From positions 64,001 through 128,000 of the IMG/VR virus record IMGVR_UViG_3300045988_034373: DNA of 64,000 nucleotides. One strand, 5' to 3'. Both the position numbers and the translations under genes were made by a program. Within the stretch, counting starts at the first letter, position 1. Each line of letters opens with the position of its first letter. The stretch is from a virus. Under the pieces are notes generated by a model. It was not told where the DNA came from. It made no database searches and saw only the letters and a program-made list of their open reading frames with translations. Positions 8,454 through 16,489 of the stretch are shown one piece after another.

Positions 8454-9473
8454 ATGAAACTTGAATTTGAACCTACGATTACTAAACAATATTTATTAGA
8501 CAGAGCATCCCAAGAAACATATCTCGAATATTATTTAGGCATACCAGTTAAGAAGGGTTTGTTTAAATCACCTTTGAGAGCAGACAATAATCCCACTTGT
8601 TCCTTTTACAGGAATAAGAGTGGAGATATTGTCTTGAAGGATTTTAGTGGTGCATTCTATGGTAATTTCATTAGTGTGGTCATGTACAAATATGGCTTAA
8701 CTTATTATAAGGCACTAAGGATGATTGCCAATGACTTTGGTTACATTAAACATCCGAAACTTAAAAAGAATCCCAAACCTGTTACTATTAGTACTAATGA
8801 ACTCAAAGAGTGTAAGGAGGCTAATATACAGGTGGAAATTCAAGAGTTCTCTAAAGAGGAACTTGAATGGTGGATGCAATTTGGTATTACAGAGAAGATT
8901 CTGAAGAAATTTAGAGTCTTCTCTTGTAAGACCGTATTTCTAAATGGTAATTTCTTTACAACATCTACTAAGAGTTGTCCAATATTTGGATATTATAGAG
9001 GTAAGAATGAGAACGAAACAGAATTGTGGAGAATCTACTTCCCCTTTAATAAGAAGCATGAGTTAAGATTTCTATCTAATTGGAAGTCTTTCCTATTACA
9101 AGGTGCTAAACAACTCCCTAAAGAAGATGATGTCTTAGTAATAACTAAGAGTCTAAAGGATGTTATGACATTATATTCTCTCGGAATTACAGCTATTGCT
9201 CCCAATTCTGAGAATCTATTCCTAACTGAAAGTCAATTCTCTAAATTGAAGAGTAGATTTAAGAGGATTATTGTATTCTATGACAATGACTTAACTGGTC
9301 TTCATAATATGAATAAGATTAGAAAGTCATTTGATGTAGAGTGTATGTGGATTCCTCGTAGTTATGGAGCTAAAGATATATCAGACTTTCATAAGATGTA
9401 TGGACGAGAGAAAACTTTAGAATTGATAGAATATGCCAGAAGAAGTAGTAGAGAAACCAAAGAAGAAGCGTAA
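8454..9473 (+). CDS. DNA primase (Toprim-type, DnaG/P4-like)
   Basis: N-terminal block is SPLRADNNPTCSFY. Toprim DxD is IIVFYDNDLTG. The usual Toprim Glu is not obvious (VLVITKSLKD). Confidence 0.55.
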   Translation: MKLEFEPTITKQYLLDRASQETYLEYYLGIPVKKGLFKSPLRADNNPTCSFYRNKSGDIVLKDFSGAFYGNFISVVMYKYGLTYYKALRMIANDFGYIKHPKLKKNPKPVTISTNELKECKEANIQVEIQEFSKEELEWWMQFGITEKILKKFRVFSCKTVFLNGNFFTTSTKSCPIFGYYRGKNENETELWRIYFPFNKKHELRFLSNWKSFLLQGAKQLPKEDDVLVITKSLKDVMTLYSLGITAIAPNSENLFLTESQFSKLKSRFKRIIVFYDNDLTGLHNMNKIRKSFDVECMWIPRSYGAKDISDFHKMYGREKTLELIEYARRSSRETKEEA

Positions 9474-9822
9474 TGGTGCATATGCCAGACGCAAGGGAAA
9501 CAATTATGAGTTGAAGATTATTAAGGAACTTACTGAGTTAGGATATGCTGGGCTAAAGTCAGCTAGGTCTGAATCCAAGAACTTGGATAATGACAAGATT
9601 GATATAGCAGAGACTATAGACCATCTGCCTTGCTATGTTCAATGTAAGTGTACCAAGAATACTCCTTCCATTTCAGAAATCATTAAATCATGTCCTCGTA
9701 AGGATAGACCATTAGTGATAGTATGGAATAAGCAAATTGATAAAGAAGTCAACATGGCTTCTGACGGACAGTATGTTATAATGTCCAAAGAATTCTTTTA
9801 TGATTTAATAAGGAAGAATTAA
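9433..9822 (+). CDS. PD-(D/E)XK nuclease, Hjc-like Holliday-junction resolvase
   Basis: Pattern is RKGNNYELKIIKELTELGY ... DKIDIAE ... YVQCK (E ... D ... QxK). Confidence 0.5.
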   Translation: MPEEVVEKPKKKRNGAYARRKGNNYELKIIKELTELGYAGLKSARSESKNLDNDKIDIAETIDHLPCYVQCKCTKNTPSISEIIKSCPRKDRPLVIVWNKQIDKEVNMASDGQYVIMSKEFFYDLIRKN

Positions 9823-9824
9823 TT

Positions 9825-10556
9825 ATGAACATATTAGTTATACCAGTACAGACTGTTAGTGATATTATTACTAATAGTTCATCTGAGGTATTCATCTTAG
9901 ATACTGGAAAGACGTGTGAAGAAGTCAATACTATGCTTCACACATTCACCTCTGGGTTTGACTATCCAGAGGTTTTTTCATTAAAGGACTTCCGTGAGTG
10001 GCGTAAGAAACTTCGTAATGGTGAGATTGAAGATGATTGGAGTTATCCAGGTTCTATCTTCAGTATAGCCGATGGATGGTTCAAGGACCCCGAAGATGAA
10101 GAAGACCTTCTCAATTTAAGAATGGATTTCTTATTTGACCCATTTGAAACCATAGACTATGGTGGGGGGTTTGTAGCACATGGCTATAGTTCAAGTTATA
10201 AAGAGCCTATCCAGGATGCCTTCATTGAGTATTTAAACAGTAATTGGGATAAGGTCGGACATGACATTAACCGAGTTCTAGCAGAGGAAGAGGACGATGC
10301 TGTTAGTAGTATTGATTGGAAGACTCTACGCAGACACAACTACTGGTTTAAGAATGCTCTAGAGGATGTCACTAAGGAGTTCTTGAAGAACTACGATGGT
10401 CCTAAACCTACAGTGTGGAATGTTAGTAAGCGTGAGGATGTGAGAGAACTGGATGGTAAAGTATTGGTTGTAAGTAATGACGACAATAGTATCCCTTATG
10501 ATACTTGGGATAAGATTAATAGTTTATTTAATGGTTGGAATGTGCATTTAGGATGA
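9825..10556 (+). CDS. TNSSSE-motif paralog 1 (243 aa, acidic), unknown function
   Basis: N-terminus is MNILVIPVQTVSDIITNSSSEVFILD. This block is shared with the next three genes. Confidence 0.65.
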   Translation: MNILVIPVQTVSDIITNSSSEVFILDTGKTCEEVNTMLHTFTSGFDYPEVFSLKDFREWRKKLRNGEIEDDWSYPGSIFSIADGWFKDPEDEEDLLNLRMDFLFDPFETIDYGGGFVAHGYSSSYKEPIQDAFIEYLNSNWDKVGHDINRVLAEEEDDAVSSIDWKTLRRHNYWFKNALEDVTKEFLKNYDGPKPTVWNVSKREDVRELDGKVLVVSNDDNSIPYDTWDKINSLFNGWNVHLG

Positions 10557-11056
10557 TATTTAAACTGCAATCTTTAAACGATGTAGTAACTAACAGTAGT
10601 ATGGAAGTCTATCAAGAGGCTACACAATACACTGTTGATGCTGTAAAAGATATTATTAATGTAATTTTAAAGATTAGTGGTTCAGATAAGTCCTGTGACG
10701 ACTTATTCACCGTTAGTATTAACTATGAGGATATGCTTGAGTCATATTTCGAAGACATCCTTGATAAGTCTGATATTGATGAGGAATATCTAGGTATGAT
10801 TGAAGAAATCAGAAGTCGTAAAGATGACTCTGGACGGTTTATCAGTGATTCTGAAGCATATGCTGAATTAGTTAAGACTGGTCTAGTAGGTGATGTAGTG
10901 CCCACCATTGAGGAATATGTTGGGAACTTTGATAGTGATTGGAGATATCCAACTACTGAGGTGTCTATAATTCCTAAAGGTGAAGCAGAACGTTCTGACA
11001 TCGCCATACTAAACAAAATAAATGACTTATTCTGTGTCGAAGCGTGCTACAACTAA
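10553..11056 (+). CDS. TNSSSE-motif paralog 2 (167 aa), unknown function
   Basis: ATGA overlap with paralog 1. N-terminus is MIFKLQSLNDVVTNSSMEVYQEA. The track start at 10535 is also possible. Confidence 0.6.
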   Translation: MIFKLQSLNDVVTNSSMEVYQEATQYTVDAVKDIINVILKISGSDKSCDDLFTVSINYEDMLESYFEDILDKSDIDEEYLGMIEEIRSRKDDSGRFISDSEAYAELVKTGLVGDVVPTIEEYVGNFDSDWRYPTTEVSIIPKGEAERSDIAILNKINDLFCVEACYN

Positions 11057-11486
11057 GTACTACTTAATACCAATTCAGTCATTCTCTGACATTATAACTA
11101 ATAGCTCTTCTGAAACTTATATCGTTGATACTTCCTATACTGCCAAAGCATTAGAAGAGGTATTAGAGGGAATACACAAGAAATATGAGGGTGAAGAGTT
11201 CTATTCTGGAGAATGCTGTGGGATTGAAGTAAGTGACTTTAAAGAGTACTGTAGAGAAGCCTATATGTGGGATGAACACGATGAGAATGGAACTCCATTT
11301 GAGTCTAAGGAAGACTACGTAGCTTGGGTTTTCGAAGTACCTTTAAGTGTTGCTAAAGGCTGTCTGGTTGTTAGAGTCGATTATGGATACCATGCTGTAG
11401 ATGAATTTTTAACTAAGAATTTCAAATGTATAGCATCTGACCATGAAAGAGTTAAAGACTCAGACGGGCGCATTGTTAAGAATTAA
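11022..11486 (+). CDS. TNSSSE-motif paralog 3 (about 150 aa), unknown function
   Basis: Contains ...KYYLIPIQSFSDIITNSSSETYIVD. Start is ATG11022 or GTG11034. Confidence 0.6.
   Translation: MTYSVSKRATTKYYLIPIQSFSDIITNSSSETYIVDTSYTAKALEEVLEGIHKKYEGEEFYSGECCGIEVSDFKEYCREAYMWDEHDENGTPFESKEDYVAWVFEVPLSVAKGCLVVRVDYGYHAVDEFLTKNFKCIASDHERVKDSDGRIVKN
11076..11116 (+). repeat. DNA-level repeat encoding the QSFSD..TNSSSE block (copy in paralog 3)
   Basis: cagtcattctctgacattataactaatagctcttctgaaac. By my count, 33 of 41 nt are identical to 11491-11531. Confidence 0.7.
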
Positions 11487-11760
11487 TATCCAGTCATTCT
11501 CTGATGTAACTACTAATAGCTCTTCGGAGATATTCTGTACCATTAGTGGAGCTGACTTGGATGCTATCTATGAACTACTAAAGCCATTATTCCCAGCGGG
11601 ATACGGCTATTCTGATATGGAACCTACACTATATAAGGAGGATGGTAGTGTTGCACTATGGCTTCCTTATGGTGATGCACCAACAGAATTTTACAAAGCA
11701 GGATTAGAAGCAATTCTTGATAAGTACTTTAAAGATAATTATACAATAGAATACGAATGA
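11443..11760 (+). CDS. TNSSSE-motif paralog 4 (about 100 aa), unknown function
   Basis: Contains ...LLRINIQSFSDVTTNSSSEIFCT. An alternative TTG start lies at 11473. Its stop overlaps the radical SAM start (ATGA). Confidence 0.6.
   Translation: MKELKTQTGALLRINIQSFSDVTTNSSSEIFCTISGADLDAIYELLKPLFPAGYGYSDMEPTLYKEDGSVALWLPYGDAPTEFYKAGLEAILDKYFKDNYTIEYE
11491..11531 (+). repeat. DNA-level repeat encoding the QSFSD..TNSSSE block (copy in paralog 4)
   Basis: cagtcattctctgatgtaactactaatagctcttcggagat. More diverged copies lie at 9849-9893 and 10568-10612. Confidence 0.7.
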
Positions 11761-12680
11761 AAGATTGGACAAGCTGGGGAACTAAGGTAAGAGAGTTTCC
11801 TGCACATAACTATAAGGCTATATGGGCAAATCTAAAGACTATCCGAGTAGGTACTGGGGTAGCTAAGGAATTACCGCCTGATATGGCTGAGTTTTATGAT
11901 GTTGGAATTAATACTGTATGTAATGCTGAATGTGACTTCTGTTATGTGTCAGCAGGGCATGGTGGTGTTAACTATCCTGACATCTGTGAGACATGGAAGA
12001 AATGGATGTACGTATATCAATCTGAATTAAAGGATGGAATACTATACACAAGTAAGCCATTCCAGATTGCTATTGGTTCTACTGGAGAGCCAACTATGCA
12101 TCCAGACTTCTGTGAGTTCCTCGAAACAGTATATAATACTGGAGTAGTTCCTAATTACACCACTAATGGTCTTATTATAGCTAGAGACAATGTTAAGGGA
12201 GGAGAAATCCTTGCCTACACTAAGGAGTATGTTGGAGGAGTTGCTGTTAGTTTGGGTAATCCAAACATAAGACTCCAAGCACATAGGGCTATTAACAAGC
12301 TATTGACGTGGGGTGATACGAACGTAAATATTCATCATATCATATCTGATAAAGTATCCGTAGATGAGTTCTATGATACTGTAGTTAGGTATGGTAATAG
12401 TATTTACTATCATGTACTGTTACCTTTAATGCCTTCTGGTAGAAGCAATAAGGGTATTGAACCTAGTGTGTTTGAATATTTAGAAGAAATAATTCAGAAG
12501 CACGATATAAAGAATGCTGCATTTGGAGCACACTTTGTAGAGTATCTGAAGACTTCTAAGATTAAGACACATCTCTATCCGCCTGAATCGTTAAGCAAGA
12601 ATATTATTCTTACTAAGGATAAGGTACAAATAACTCCGAGTTCTTTTAATCTGACACCTATAAAGGTCATTCACGTATGA
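11757..12680 (+). CDS. radical SAM enzyme
   Basis: CX3CX2C cluster motif is VCNAECDFCY. SAM-binding-like block is GSTGEPTMHP, followed by YTTNGL. No C-terminal Cys-rich SPASM-like region is visible. Confidence 0.8.
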   Translation: MKDWTSWGTKVREFPAHNYKAIWANLKTIRVGTGVAKELPPDMAEFYDVGINTVCNAECDFCYVSAGHGGVNYPDICETWKKWMYVYQSELKDGILYTSKPFQIAIGSTGEPTMHPDFCEFLETVYNTGVVPNYTTNGLIIARDNVKGGEILAYTKEYVGGVAVSLGNPNIRLQAHRAINKLLTWGDTNVNIHHIISDKVSVDEFYDTVVRYGNSIYYHVLLPLMPSGRSNKGIEPSVFEYLEEIIQKHDIKNAAFGAHFVEYLKTSKIKTHLYPPESLSKNIILTKDKVQITPSSFNLTPIKVIHV

Positions 12681-13081
12681 CAACAACTGATGCAAGTCTA
12701 TTAGCATACGTGAAGAGTCTATTCCCTTTTAATACCGATAGAATACAGGACATCTCTAAGGAAGATGGAAAGCTGTTTATCGTCACCGATGATGATAGAA
12801 GGTTTATATTAAAGCTAGTTGAGATTGGACCAATCGCTGAACACTTCAACGCTGGAGAACACCAAACTCTGTTCTACTTTAATCCAGAAACTAAAGAGCC
12901 TGTATTTAGGAATAAGACTGCATATGAAACCGAGAAGGAAGCTATTCATGCTGCTATGGTTATTAATGTGCAGGATAAGACTATACACAAGAGGCAAGCT
13001 TATAAATGTAGCGTATGCCACAAGTGGCACGTAGGTAGAGGAAAGACTATACTCACAGATGAAGATAAAAAGAAAACTTAA
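12677..13081 (+). CDS. hypothetical protein with C-terminal CxxCHxxH knuckle
   Basis: ATGA overlap with the radical SAM stop. Contains ...AYKCSVCHKWHVGRGK. Confidence 0.55.
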   Translation: MTTTDASLLAYVKSLFPFNTDRIQDISKEDGKLFIVTDDDRRFILKLVEIGPIAEHFNAGEHQTLFYFNPETKEPVFRNKTAYETEKEAIHAAMVINVQDKTIHKRQAYKCSVCHKWHVGRGKTILTDEDKKKT

Positions 13082-13099
13082 AATTAAGCATAACATTCG

Positions 13100-13318
13100 A
13101 TGACAACTTACCTACTCCCATGTTATGGGGATGGTCATTGCTGGATTGAGAAGGTACGTGCAAGGAACTTCTCCGATGCTCAGCAGAAGTTTATAAATGC
13201 TTTTACAGAAGATTATGAGGATATTGACATTCCATCCGATTGGGAGGATTTAATCACTATTCTAAACACTCAAGCAGATATAGTAATTGGAGACATCTAC
13301 GACATAGAGGAGTTTTAA
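13100..13318 (+). CDS. hypothetical acidic protein
   Basis: 72-aa ORF in the series. Confidence 0.5.
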   Translation: MTTYLLPCYGDGHCWIEKVRARNFSDAQQKFINAFTEDYEDIDIPSDWEDLITILNTQADIVIGDIYDIEEF

Positions 13319-13320
13319 TA

Positions 13321-13485
13321 ATGATTGAATCTGAGCAACTTGCCCTATCCGCACTAAAATTTAGGTATCCTAACTACATAATCACCCATTCTACCCCAAG
13401 AACAAAGTGGGGCAACTTTGGATATTATGGTGAAGCTGCCTTACGATTTCATTATGAGCCTTCCTCACAAACTTATATTAGATGA
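13321..13485 (+). CDS. hypothetical protein (55 aa)
   Basis: ATG13321 lies directly after the upstream TAA (MIESEQLALSALKF...). The longer track ORF from 13240 overlaps the previous gene. Confidence 0.4.
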   Translation: MIESEQLALSALKFRYPNYIITHSTPRTKWGNFGYYGEAALRFHYEPSSQTYIR

Positions 13486-13982
13486 GAATAGGACTTGATA
13501 TTGACGATTGTCTAGCAGACTTCTGGGGAGCATATTGTAAGTACTTCGATACAGACAATAACCCTAAAATGCTGGAAGACCACATTATAACACGTAATGT
13601 ACAGCAGATTTTAAGTAAAGACAGAGATTTTTGGTTGAACCTTGAAGTTAAGAACAGACCTGACTTCATACCTGAATTGTATTGCACTAAGCGAGTAAAC
13701 AATAAGGCATGGACTAAGGAATGGCTAAGACGTAATGGGTTCCCTGATAGACCAGTCTATCAAATGATTTATCAGCATGGTAATAAGGCTGATATGATTA
13801 AGGGTAGGGTGGATATTTTTATTGATGATTCACTATCTAATGTGTTAAAATGTCAGAAGTCTGGACTACCAACGCTGTTGTTTCATACAGAGAGGACGGC
13901 AGACTTTCCTATGTTTAAAGTATTCTCACTAAATAAGGATGAGATAATTGACTCATATCTGTTTATGAAGAAGTATGCATAG
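13482..13982 (+). CDS. HAD-family 5'(3')-deoxyribonucleotidase-like phosphatase
   Basis: N-terminal block is RIGLDIDDCLADFWG (DxD nucleophile block, as in NT5C-type enzymes). A later block is IFIDDS. Confidence 0.6.
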   Translation: MRIGLDIDDCLADFWGAYCKYFDTDNNPKMLEDHIITRNVQQILSKDRDFWLNLEVKNRPDFIPELYCTKRVNNKAWTKEWLRRNGFPDRPVYQMIYQHGNKADMIKGRVDIFIDDSLSNVLKCQKSGLPTLLFHTERTADFPMFKVFSLNKDEIIDSYLFMKKYA

Positions 13983-14994
13983 AAATGTTAAACTGATTCC
14001 ACTTCTTGACACTATACAACTCATTGAGATGAGTGACGAGGAATACTTTAGTGAAAAGTGGGCAGGATATATAAGCAACTCAAAGCTTGCATTAATTAAT
14101 CCAGCTCAAGACGGAAGTCCTCAGATTTATAAGGAAGGACTAAGTAAACACCCTAAGTATTCTGACTCTCTTGTGTTTGGCTCAGCAGTCCATGAATTAG
14201 TACTACAGCCAGGAGAATTTAAAGTAGCTGATAATGTTGATAGACCCACTGCTAAGATGGGAGCTATGGCAGATGAACTATACAAGACATTCCTTAGTAA
14301 TAAGGGTGTTGTATCAGATGATGATATTATAGCTGCATCTAACAAAATCGACTACTATAAAGGCAAAATGGATAGTATTAAGATTGAGAATGTTAAAGAC
14401 AAATGCATCAACTATTGGTGGGATAGAAGGGATTGGGAATCTGAGCATAATAACTCAGAGATTGAGCCAATCTATCTAGACCCTAAGTCAAGAGAGAAGT
14501 TACAGCTTTGTTTAGCATCTGTTGAGGCTAATAAAGAGGTGCAGGATTTATTACATCCAAAAGGAGTATTCGAGGAGCCTATCTCCATGAATGAAGCAGC
14601 TCTGTTTATGGATGTGAAGGCTGAACATGAGGGTAAGGAGACAATCCTTAAACTTAAAGGTAAGCTAGATAATTTCACCATTGATACTGAAACTAATGAA
14701 GTAGTTCTTAATGACCTTAAGACTACTGGGCATTGGTTGATTGACTTTGGTGATTCATTTAAGAAATACCATTACAATAGACAGATGGCAATGTATGCGT
14801 GGATGCTACGTTCTTACGTACAGAAGCAATACAATATAAAGCCTTCTAGTCTGATGGCGAATATGCTATTAGTATGCACTGTTCCAGATTATAGAGCTGG
14901 AGTATTTAGGGTAACTAATGGTGAGATTCGTAAAGGTTTCTTAGAATTTAAAGATTTGCTGCAGAGAGTGGCATACTGCGAACTATATGATTGA
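13975..14994 (+). CDS. PD-(D/E)XK (RecB/Cas4-like) exonuclease
   Basis: Motifs are GSAVHELVL, DNFTID, LNDLKTT (D/ExK) and the RecB-family block YNRQMAMYAWML (QxxxY). Confidence 0.6.
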   Translation: MHRNVKLIPLLDTIQLIEMSDEEYFSEKWAGYISNSKLALINPAQDGSPQIYKEGLSKHPKYSDSLVFGSAVHELVLQPGEFKVADNVDRPTAKMGAMADELYKTFLSNKGVVSDDDIIAASNKIDYYKGKMDSIKIENVKDKCINYWWDRRDWESEHNNSEIEPIYLDPKSREKLQLCLASVEANKEVQDLLHPKGVFEEPISMNEAALFMDVKAEHEGKETILKLKGKLDNFTIDTETNEVVLNDLKTTGHWLIDFGDSFKKYHYNRQMAMYAWMLRSYVQKQYNIKPSSLMANMLLVCTVPDYRAGVFRVTNGEIRKGFLEFKDLLQRVAYCELYD

Positions 14995-15355
14995 ATCTTT
15001 TCTTATGGAAGCATGGGAGCCATCTTACCAAGACCTTGAGAATTATTACAGAGAATATTATAGTTTAGGTAACTTAAATTGTGATATTGGGAGCAAGTTT
15101 GCACTTATATCCCTTATTTGTTTCCTTACTAAGCAAGCAAGGATTAAGAATCCTGATGCAACCTGTTATCTCGTAATAATGAAGATTATTGATGGGGAGG
15201 AGTCACAGCATGACTTAAAATTCATTAGAGGGTTATCTGTTGTCTGTACAGACATGATGAAGCACTGTAATGAGTTCCTAACCTTTGATATGAAATCATC
15301 TAAGGAAATGGTTAAGAAGATTAAGGAAATTCTACACACTTATTTACCTTTCTAA
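14987..15355 (+). CDS. hypothetical protein
   Basis: 122-aa ORF that overlaps the upstream stop. Confidence 0.5.
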   Translation: MIESFLMEAWEPSYQDLENYYREYYSLGNLNCDIGSKFALISLICFLTKQARIKNPDATCYLVIMKIIDGEESQHDLKFIRGLSVVCTDMMKHCNEFLTFDMKSSKEMVKKIKEILHTYLPF

Positions 15356-15606
15356 TGACCGAAGAAGTAAGAATATCTTGGGGCGATAAGGTTGCTAAGA
15401 GGTATGAATCAAATCAAAGGATTGTTGAGATTCTATCCGAGTTAGTGGAGAAGTTTCCCCAATGGAGATTCCAACAAATCTTACAGAACGTAGATATTGC
15501 GTCCAGGAATGGAGAGGATTTGTTCTACGAAGAGAGTTATGACACTCTAACTACAATGACCAATAATGCAATAGTTAGGTCAATTTTATCTCATACTGCC
15601 AATTAA
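15355..15606 (+). CDS. hypothetical protein
   Basis: 83-aa ORF with a TAATG overlap. Confidence 0.5.
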   Translation: MTEEVRISWGDKVAKRYESNQRIVEILSELVEKFPQWRFQQILQNVDIASRNGEDLFYEESYDTLTTMTNNAIVRSILSHTAN

Positions 15607-15625
15607 CACTTTTTAAAGGTTATCG

Positions 15626-15657
15626 GTTGGACAGTTAAGTAAAATGTAGTATCTTTG
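15626..15657 (+). promoter_or_regulatory. Bacteroidota-type promoter, distal copy
   Basis: GTAGTATCTTTGTA with the -7 box TATCTTTG at 15650-15657. The -33 is degenerate (GTTG at 15626-15629). Confidence 0.5.
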
Positions 15658-15725
15658 TATCACTTTCCTCAAGGGAAATATAGAGATTATAATTCAAATT
15701 TTAGATTAATTTAATACTAAGACTA

Positions 15726-15757
15726 CTTGGTAGATACAATTTAAAGTAGTATCTTTG
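15726..15757 (+). promoter_or_regulatory. Bacteroidota-type promoter, proximal copy
   Basis: The identical 14-mer GTAGTATCTTTGTA recurs, with the -7 box at 15750-15757. This is exactly 100 bp after the distal copy. The -33 is CTTG at 15726-15729. Confidence 0.5.
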
Positions 15758-15816
15758 TACTATAGAAAGTTACAAGATTAGAACGTATGAAATAATGTTT
15801 AAACAATTTTTGAATT

Positions 15817-16350
15817 ATGCAAGCAATGAATTTTAAGAAAGTAGAAGTAAAAGGTTTCACTAAACAAGAAGCTATCGCAGAAGCACCATTCCAAGTAATC
15901 CGTGACGCAACTCAGGCATGGAAGACTGCTGGTAAACCAATCGCTGAGAAAGCGTTGAAAGAGTTCTGTGCAGAGTATCTAGCAAAGCACACTAAGTATG
16001 CTGCTGGTATTGGTTGTTCTATCACATTTGAAGCAGGTTCTGCTGATACACGTGAGCGTCCTTATACCGTAAAGGATATTAAGAACGAGAAGGGTAAGAG
16101 AAAGTATAAAACTGGTTATCAAGGTATCAACCCTGCAACTGGTGAAATTCTATTCACTAACTTCGAGACAAAGAACAAAGCTAAGGAAGTAGCTAAAGAG
16201 TTGTACACTAAGAAAGATTACAAAGGCGACATCTTCTGCAAGTACATCAAGGATGTAGTTGAGGGTGAAGTTGGTGCATTTGAAGTTAAGTACACTCCAT
16301 CTAAGAGTGCTAAACAAGGAACTTACATCTGCTTTGGAGTTGAAGCCTAA
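15817..16350 (+). CDS. Lys-rich protein of unknown function, probably highly expressed
   Basis: Stand-alone cassette with two upstream promoter boxes and a strong terminator downstream. Codon usage differs from neighbours (cgt, ggt, gct and aag are common). Confidence 0.7.
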   Translation: MQAMNFKKVEVKGFTKQEAIAEAPFQVIRDATQAWKTAGKPIAEKALKEFCAEYLAKHTKYAAGIGCSITFEAGSADTRERPYTVKDIKNEKGKRKYKTGYQGINPATGEILFTNFETKNKAKEVAKELYTKKDYKGDIFCKYIKDVVEGEVGAFEVKYTPSKSAKQGTYICFGVEA

Positions 16351-16375
16351 TAGACTTCTACAACTTTAAATATCA

Positions 16376-16417
16376 AAGGGATTATCTTATGCGAATAAGG
16401 TAGTCCCTTATTTTTTT
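16376..16417 (+). terminator. intrinsic terminator
   Basis: A 15-bp stem (AAGGGATTATCTTAT / ATAAGGTAGTCCCTT, two G-U pairs) with loop GCGA, followed by T7. Confidence 0.7.
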
Positions 16418-16489
16418 GTAATAGATTGCCAACTATCAAGATGCTGTATTTTAAAGGCGTAACTGCTATCTAATTTTAAACATCTAACG

